In this document: one piece after another, positions 7,467-12,617 of the stretch | How the letters are laid out: every line of letters starts with the position of its first letter | Numbering within the stretch: the stretch's first letter is position 1 | IMG/VR virus record: IMGVR_UViG_2778261256_000009 | From: a virus | Lineage: Duplodnaviria; Heunggongvirae; Uroviricota; Caudoviricetes | Strand: one strand, 5' to 3' | Length of the DNA stretch: 12,617 nucleotides | Notes under the pieces: generated by a model | Databases searched by the model: none | What the model saw: the letters and a program-made list of their open reading frames with translations, nothing else | What the model was told of the DNA's origin: nothing | Made by a program: the position numbers and the translations under genes

Positions 7467-8924
7467 ATGAATACATCTCATGTAAGAGTTGTTACTCATA
7501 TGTGTGGGTTCCTGGTTTGGCTCTATAGTCTTTCAATGTTGCCACCAATGGTTGTAGCATTGTTTTATAAAGAAAAAAGCCTGTTCGTTTTCTTTATAAC
7601 TTTCGTTATATTTTTTTGCATTGGTGGCGGAGCGTGGTATACAACTAAGAAATCTGGCATTCAATTACGTACCCGTGATGGGTTTATTATAATTGTAATG
7701 TTTTGGATTTTGTTTTCTGTTATTAGTGCATTCCCTTTATGGATTGACTCAGAACTTAATTTAACGTTCATTGATGCTCTGTTTGAAGGGGTTTCTGGAA
7801 TAACAACAACAGGAGCAACTGTAATTGATGATGTTAGTTCATTACCTCGGGCATATTTGTACTATCGGTCACAGTTAAATTTTATAGGTGGTTTAGGAGT
7901 TATTGTTCTGGCGGTTGCTGTATTGCCATTATTGGGTATTGGTGGTGCAAAGCTTTATCAGTCAGAAATGCCGGGGCCATTTAAGGATGACAAACTCACT
8001 CCCCGCCTGGCCGATACGTCACGGACACTGTGGATAACTTATTCTTTATTAGGTATTGCTTGTATTGTCTGTTATAGACTTGCAGGAATGCCTTTGTTTG
8101 ATGCTATTTGTCACGGGATTTCCACAGTTTCGCTTGGTGGTTTCTCAACTCATAGCGAGAGTATCGGATATTTTAATAACTATTTGGTTGAGCTGGTGGC
8201 TGGTTCTTTTTCCCTGCTATCGGCTTTCAACTTCACTCTTTGGTATATTGTTATTAGCAGGAAAACGATAAAACCTTTAATCAGAGATATTGAACTTCGT
8301 TTCTTTCTGTTAATAGCCTTAGGGGTGATCATTGTTACCTCTTTCCAGGTCTGGCATATAGGTATGTATGACTTGCATGGAAGTTTTATTCATTCGTTTT
8401 TTCTTGCCAGCTCCATGCTCACTGATAATGGTTTAGCTACGCAGGATTATGCAAGTTGGCCCACGCACACGATAGTGTTTTTGCTGTTGTCAAGTTTCTT
8501 TGGGGGATGTATAGGTTCAACTTGTGGTGGAATTAAGTCACTTCGATTTCTTATACTTTTCAAACAAAGCAAACACGAGATAAATCAGCTTTCTCATCCC
8601 AGAGCGTTGTTGAGTGTAAATGTAGGAGGGAAGATAGTTACAGATCGTGTAATGAGGTCTGTATGGAGTTTCTTTTTTCTTTATACTCTCTTCACGGTGT
8701 TTTTTATACTGGTGTTAAATGGTATGGGATATGATTTTCTTACATCATTTGCAACAGTGGCTGCATGTATTAATAATATGGGATTAGGTTTTGGGGCTAC
8801 TGCATCGTCATTCGGAGTGCTTAATGACATTGCAAAATGTTTAATGTGCATAGCTATGATTCTTGGTCGCCTTGAAATTTATCCTGTTATTATATTGTTT
8901 TCAGGTTTTTTTTGGCGCTCCTAA
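7467..8924 (+). CDS. trkG: TrkH/TrkG-family potassium uptake transporter (Rac-prophage TrkG-like)
   Basis: 485-aa polytopic membrane protein from ATG 7467, MNTSHVRVVTHMCGFLVWLYSL..., with several glycine-containing selectivity-filter-like P-loops (e.g. GVSGITTTGATV, GISTVSLGGFS, ACINNMGLGFG). AT-rich. Matches E. coli K-12 TrkG as recalled. The track ORF starts at an upstream TTG (7449). Confidence 0.9.
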   Translation: MNTSHVRVVTHMCGFLVWLYSLSMLPPMVVALFYKEKSLFVFFITFVIFFCIGGGAWYTTKKSGIQLRTRDGFIIIVMFWILFSVISAFPLWIDSELNLTFIDALFEGVSGITTTGATVIDDVSSLPRAYLYYRSQLNFIGGLGVIVLAVAVLPLLGIGGAKLYQSEMPGPFKDDKLTPRLADTSRTLWITYSLLGIACIVCYRLAGMPLFDAICHGISTVSLGGFSTHSESIGYFNNYLVELVAGSFSLLSAFNFTLWYIVISRKTIKPLIRDIELRFFLLIALGVIIVTSFQVWHIGMYDLHGSFIHSFFLASSMLTDNGLATQDYASWPTHTIVFLLLSSFFGGCIGSTCGGIKSLRFLILFKQSKHEINQLSHPRALLSVNVGGKIVTDRVMRSVWSFFFLYTLFTVFFILVLNGMGYDFLTSFATVAACINNMGLGFGATASSFGVLNDIAKCLMCIAMILGRLEIYPVIILFSGFFWRS

Positions 8925-9061
8925 TATATGGCTGATTTATAATTGTGAGTTTAATATTATGTTGACTCACTCATTGATCCAATACCTAACTTTACCAGCA
9001 ACCCCTCCGTCCCCAGTAGCACTGGCTGCTGGGGTGCGTTTTATTCATAAAGCAAGGCTGT

Positions 9062-9853
9062 ATGAGCGAGAAATTAAAGATAGTCTATCGCCCATTACAA
9101 GAATTGTCACCGTATGCGCACAACGCCAGGACGCACAGCCCTGAGCAGGTGGCACAACTGGTAGAAAGTATTAAGCAATTCGGCTGGACTAATCCGGTGC
9201 TGATTGACGAAAAGGGCGAAATTATTGCGGGTCACGGTCGTGTTATGGCGGCTGAAATGCTCAAAATGGATTCTGTTCCGGTCATTGTTCTGTCTGGCCT
9301 GACGGATGAGCAGAAAAAGGCGTACCGCCTGGCAGATAATCGCCTGCCGATGAATGCTGGCTGGGATGAAGATCTGTTGCGGATGGAGCTGTCGGACCTA
9401 ATCAATGCTGATTTTGATGTCTCCCTGACAGGCTTCATCCCGACAGAAATTGATGAACTGTTGACGGATGTTTTGCCCGGTACAGGAAATGAGGAGGAGC
9501 CGTATACGACGAAAATTGATACGCCTGTTTATGAGCCGTCGGGCGGTAAACCGGATATCAGTGAACTGTACGACGATACGAAAACTCAGGAGCTGATCAG
9601 CCGGATACGTTCGGCGTCCCTTGAGCCTGATATTGAGAAATTCCTCCTGTGTGCGGCAGAACGTCACACGGTGTTTAATTTCAGCAGAATTGCGGACTAT
9701 TACGCTCACGCCCCCTCTGAAATTCAGTGTTTTTTCGAGGAGTCGGCGCTGGTGATCATTGATTATCAGCAGGCTATTGAAAATGGATTTGTCCGGATGA
9801 CGCAGCGCATGGTGGAGATCATGCATGGTGGTGAGGAGGAGGAATATGCGTGA
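9062..9853 (+). CDS. ParB N-terminal-domain (ParB/Srx-like nuclease domain) protein, YnaK-like
   Basis: The N-terminus LKIVYRPLQELSPYAHNARTHSPEQVAQLVESIKQFGWTNPVLIDEKGEIIAGHGRVMAAEML shows the ParB-N fold signature, including a GxxR box. C-terminus is acidic. Occupies the position after trkG that ynaK holds in Rac (recalled). Confidence 0.75.
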   Translation: MSEKLKIVYRPLQELSPYAHNARTHSPEQVAQLVESIKQFGWTNPVLIDEKGEIIAGHGRVMAAEMLKMDSVPVIVLSGLTDEQKKAYRLADNRLPMNAGWDEDLLRMELSDLINADFDVSLTGFIPTEIDELLTDVLPGTGNEEEPYTTKIDTPVYEPSGGKPDISELYDDTKTQELISRIRSASLEPDIEKFLLCAAERHTVFNFSRIADYYAHAPSEIQCFFEESALVIIDYQQAIENGFVRMTQRMVEIMHGGEEEEYA

Positions 9854-10778
9854 TGATTTTTGCGCCTTTATTCTGACTCACGGGCGACCGGACAAAGTTC
9901 TGACTTACCGGACGTTGCGTCGTGCTGGCTATACCGGGAAAATTTTTATCGTTGTTGATGATGAAGATAAGACACGGAATCAGTACATGGCTGAATTTGG
10001 TGAACAGGTGCTGGTGTTTTCCAAAGCCGATATCGCCAGTCGTTTTGACGAAGCCGATAATTTCTGTGACCGCCGCTCAATTTTTTACGCCCGTAATGCC
10101 TGTTTCGACCTGGCAAAACTGGTCGGGTGTAAATACTTCATTCAGCTCGATGATGATTATCACGAGTTCCAGTTTCGGGTGGATCGCAACTATGACCAGG
10201 CCTATTTTCCGATAAGGAAACTGGATGCGATCCTTTCTGAAATGCTGGCGTACTACGAATCAATACCTGCTCTTTCCATCGCTATGTCGCAGGGCGGGGA
10301 TTTTCTTGGTGACAATGGCGGCCATGCTTCGTGGGTGAAACGCAAGGCAATGAACAGCTTTATCTGTTCGGTTGATCGACCGTTCTCATTCATGGGGCGC
10401 ATTAACGAGGATGTGAATACGTACACGAATCTCGGTCGCTGTGGTGAATTGTTTATGACGATCGGTGCTGTCCAGTTAGGGCAGAAACAGACGCAGAAAA
10501 ACAGCGGCGGAATGACCGAGCTGTATCTGGATTCCGGAACCTACGTTAAAAGTTTTTACTCCGTCATGTATGCGCCGTCGTGCGTAAAAATCTCACTGAT
10601 GGGTGCCAGCCATAAACGCATTCACCATCAGGTCACCTGGAACAACGCTGCAGTAAAAATCCTTCACGAAAAATACAGGAAGAAGACACCCTGCATATCA
10701 ATGGGGGTGACAAATGATTCCGTATTCGAAAGTCGAGTCTCTGGCAGCGTGCCGGATGACTGCACAACAAATCGCTGA
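9846..10778 (+). CDS. Uncharacterised protein with a GT-A-fold-like motif pattern (possible nucleotide-sugar transferase); function unknown
   Basis: ATG at 9846 follows a strong GAGGAGGAGG RBS and overlaps the ParB-like stop by 8 nt. The pattern FILTHGRPDKV .. IFIVVDDEDK .. YFIQLDDDYH resembles the beta1 / DD / DxD layout of GT-A glycosyltransferases. This is a motif-level inference only. Confidence 0.55.
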   Translation: MRDDFCAFILTHGRPDKVLTYRTLRRAGYTGKIFIVVDDEDKTRNQYMAEFGEQVLVFSKADIASRFDEADNFCDRRSIFYARNACFDLAKLVGCKYFIQLDDDYHEFQFRVDRNYDQAYFPIRKLDAILSEMLAYYESIPALSIAMSQGGDFLGDNGGHASWVKRKAMNSFICSVDRPFSFMGRINEDVNTYTNLGRCGELFMTIGAVQLGQKQTQKNSGGMTELYLDSGTYVKSFYSVMYAPSCVKISLMGASHKRIHHQVTWNNAAVKILHEKYRKKTPCISMGVTNDSVFESRVSGSVPDDCTTNR

Positions 10779-10965
10779 CGTTCTGGATGTTGATCTGAAC
10801 CGACTGAAAGAAAATCGGGAAGCAATGACAGATTTTTATGCGGCCATCCGTAAGGGCAGAGCGAAAGGTGAAGCCGAGTTACGAGCGGCATTGTTTAAGC
10901 TTGCCAGAAAAGGGGATGCCTTTGCTCTGCGCGAACTACTCAGGGTGGATAAAAATCAGGACTAA
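10756..10965 (+). CDS. Small putative HTH protein immediately upstream of, and in frame with, the terminase small subunit
   Basis: MTAQQIADVLDVDLNRLKENREAMTDFYAAIRKGRAKGEAELRAALFKLARKGDAFALRELL is HTH-like. A single TAA (10963-10965) separates it from the ATG at 10969 in the same frame. Start is ambiguous (10714 or 10756) and overlaps the upstream gene. Confidence 0.4.
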   Translation: MTAQQIADVLDVDLNRLKENREAMTDFYAAIRKGRAKGEAELRAALFKLARKGDAFALRELLRVDKNQD

Positions 10966-10968
10966 CTG

Positions 10969-12063
10969 ATGAGCAGACCGGACTGGGGGGCGTTGCAGCA
11001 GGAGTATATTGCTGAATACACCCGCTCCGGTATATCTCCGGTGGCATGGTGTGAAGCAAGGGGACTGAATTACGCAACAGCCCGTCGTTACATCAAAAAA
11101 ACTCCGAAAAATGCGCAGACAGAAATGTGCAAAACTGCGCAAAAAAGTGCGCAGAAAAAATCTGCGCAGACTGCACAAAAGCGGAACGAAAAATCTCAGG
11201 AAAAAAAGCCAGTATTCGATGCGGGCCTGAATGAGGGCGACGCGGAGGAATTTTCGTTCTGTCCCGATGAATTCGGCATTTCTGACCAGCAGGCTAAGTT
11301 TGCGATGCTTGTTGCTCAGGGTAAAAAGCCGACAGAGGCGTACCGACTAGCCGGTTATGAGGGGCAAGGTGCGACAGCTAACAGCAACGCCAGTCGTATG
11401 CTTAGAAATGCCAGGGTTTTTCGCGCTATCAGCTACTTCCGCAATCAGTACCAGAAACGCTATACCGCAGACCTGGATTTACTAGTGAGTCAGTTGATGG
11501 CTATTGCCCTGGCCGACCCCAATCAGCTTGCACAATTTCGCCGTGTTAACTGCCGTTATTGCTGGGGCGAGAATCATCTCTACCAGTGGCGCGATATAGC
11601 AGAATTCGACAAGGCAGCGGCGCAGGCTTCCAGAGATGGCAAACCCGAACCGGAATATGGAGGCCTCGGCTTTGTTGATAACGCCATACCCAATCCGGAC
11701 TGCCCGAAGTGCTGCGGTGAGGGAACGGGACAGCTTTATATGGCTGATACCACTCTGCTTGATGGGGATGCGCGGCAATTATATGCAGGGGCAAAATTCG
11801 GAAAATTCGGCGTTGAGATCCTGCTGGAGGATAAGGCTGCCGCCCGGCGTGAATTGTTGCGTTTGTTTTCTGCTGGCGGGGCTTTATGTGCAGATAAACG
11901 GCTACAGGAACTGGAAATTGAACGGCGCAGAATGGAAAACCAGAAGCTGCGCAAAGAGATCGAAACGGTGGAAGATAATGAACATCCCCAGCCTGTGGCG
12001 ATCAATATTAATGTGGTTGATGCCAGAGTAAGGAGTGATGAAGATGATCTCTCCGACGCTTAA
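10969..12063 (+). CDS. Terminase small subunit (Terminase_2-like domain) with a low-complexity AQK-rich linker
   Basis: The segment QQAKFAMLVAQGKKPTEAYRLAGYEGQGATANSNASRMLRNARVFRAISYF matches the conserved core of phage terminase small subunits as I know it. Lies immediately upstream of, and overlapping, a Walker-A-containing terminase large subunit. Confidence 0.7.
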   Translation: MSRPDWGALQQEYIAEYTRSGISPVAWCEARGLNYATARRYIKKTPKNAQTEMCKTAQKSAQKKSAQTAQKRNEKSQEKKPVFDAGLNEGDAEEFSFCPDEFGISDQQAKFAMLVAQGKKPTEAYRLAGYEGQGATANSNASRMLRNARVFRAISYFRNQYQKRYTADLDLLVSQLMAIALADPNQLAQFRRVNCRYCWGENHLYQWRDIAEFDKAAAQASRDGKPEPEYGGLGFVDNAIPNPDCPKCCGEGTGQLYMADTTLLDGDARQLYAGAKFGKFGVEILLEDKAAARRELLRLFSAGGALCADKRLQELEIERRRMENQKLRKEIETVEDNEHPQPVAININVVDARVRSDEDDLSDA

Positions 12064-12547
12064 TGTGCCTCAGGCGCGATTTCTTTCAATGCCCCATAAA
12101 TTTAAAGCCTATATTGCTGGTTTTGGCTCGGGCAAAACATGGGTTGGGTGTGGCGGCATATGCAAGGGGATTTGGGAGCATCCAGGTATAAATCAGGGAT
12201 ATTTTGCGCCAACGTATCCCCAAATTCGCGATATTTTTTACCCTACAGTGGAAGAAGTTGCTGCTGACTGGGGATTGAACGTAAAAATTAATGAGGGAAA
12301 TAAAGAGGTTCACTTTTATTACGGACGCCAGTATCGGGGAACCACTATCTGCAGATCGATGGAGAAGCCACAAACGATCGTCGGTTTCAAAATTGGTAAT
12401 GCGTTGGTGGATGAACTGGACATTTTGCCGAAGGAAAAAGCCAGAACGGCGTGGCGCAAGATAATTGCACGTATGCGTTATAAGATTGATGGACTTCGCA
12501 ACGGTATTGACGTTACAACCACGCCGGAAGGATTCAAATTTGGGTGA
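12044..12547 (+). pseudogene. Terminase large subunit, N-terminal ATPase fragment truncated by an IS1 insertion
   Basis: Walker A motif AGFGSGKTW near the N-terminus. The ORF ends at a TGA (12545-12547) supplied by the first bases of the IS1 terminal repeat, so only about 167-170 codons remain; a full TerL would be about 450-600 aa. Start is 12035, 12038 or 12044; 12044 has the best RBS spacing (AGGAG at 12031-12035). Confidence 0.8.
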
Positions 12548-12617
12548 TGCTGCCAACTTACTGATTTAGTGTATGATGGTGTTTTTGAGGTGCTCCAGTG
12601 GCTTCTGTTTCTATCAG
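12543..12617 (+). mobile_element. insA: IS1 left end (terminal inverted repeat plus start of insA), continuing beyond the window
   Basis: GGTGATGCTGCCAACTTACTGATTTAGTGTATGATGGTGTTTTTGAGGTGCTCCAGTGGCTTCTGTTTCTATCAG matches the IS1 end and insA start (GTG at 12598, VASVSI...) as I recall it. Only 75 bp are in the window. Confidence 0.85.

Noticed and set aside
8863-9144. 93-aa + ORF spanning the trkG / ParB-like intergenic region
   Set aside because: Overlaps the 3' end of trkG and the 5' end of the ParB-like gene in a different frame. The intergenic part instead contains an imperfect hairpin (about 9013-9036) followed by a T-rich run, which may be a trkG terminator.
9398-9826. 142-aa minus-strand ORF inside the ParB-like gene (also 9232-9438 minus)
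   Set aside because: Antisense to a gene with a clear ParB-N signature; Arg-rich translation typical of a reverse-frame artefact.
11482-12556. Several ORFs (minus-strand 11482-11778, 11546-11794, 11736-12005, 12086-12556 and + strand 11636-12031) within the terminase genes
   Set aside because: All overlap the terminase small/large coding frames, which carry recognisable conserved motifs. No independent support.
1-12617. CRISPR array or other regular spaced direct repeats
   Set aside because: No repeat-spacer periodicity seen anywhere. The only repeats are a short palindrome (39-62), terminator hairpins and a degenerate coding repeat in the terminase small subunit gene.

Overview
This window reads as a segment of a lambdoid prophage of the Rac/DLP12 kind from an enterobacterial (E. 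coli/Shigella-like) genome; all homology calls are from memory and from motifs visible in the translations, not from a database search. Left to right on the + strand: a 5'-truncated ren-like remnant and a tR2-like terminator; a nin region (ninB, phage Dam-type N6-adenine methyltransferase, ninE, a DUF2591/NinX-like gene, a ninF-like chimeric ORF, rusA, a 46-codon ylcG-like ORF); a Q antiterminator with a short downstream promoter/terminator region; a three-gene cargo island in the Q-to-holin slot (a minus-strand Blc-like lipocalin lipoprotein, a TudS/RudS-like DUF523+DUF1722 putative Fe-S desulfidase, and an AT-rich AraC-family regulator); a phage-21-type lysis cassette (dual-start pinholin, SAR endolysin, Rz with embedded Rz1); the trkG potassium transporter; a ParB-like protein coupled to an uncharacterised protein with a GT-A-like motif pattern; a terminase small subunit; and a terminase large subunit cut off after about 167-170 codons by the left end of IS1, which runs to the window edge. 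The most interesting parts are the cargo island where Stx phages carry toxin genes, the ParB-like/GT-A-like pair ahead of the packaging genes, and the IS1-disrupted terminase, which suggests a packaging-defective, domesticated prophage. No CRISPR array, tRNA or rRNA was seen.
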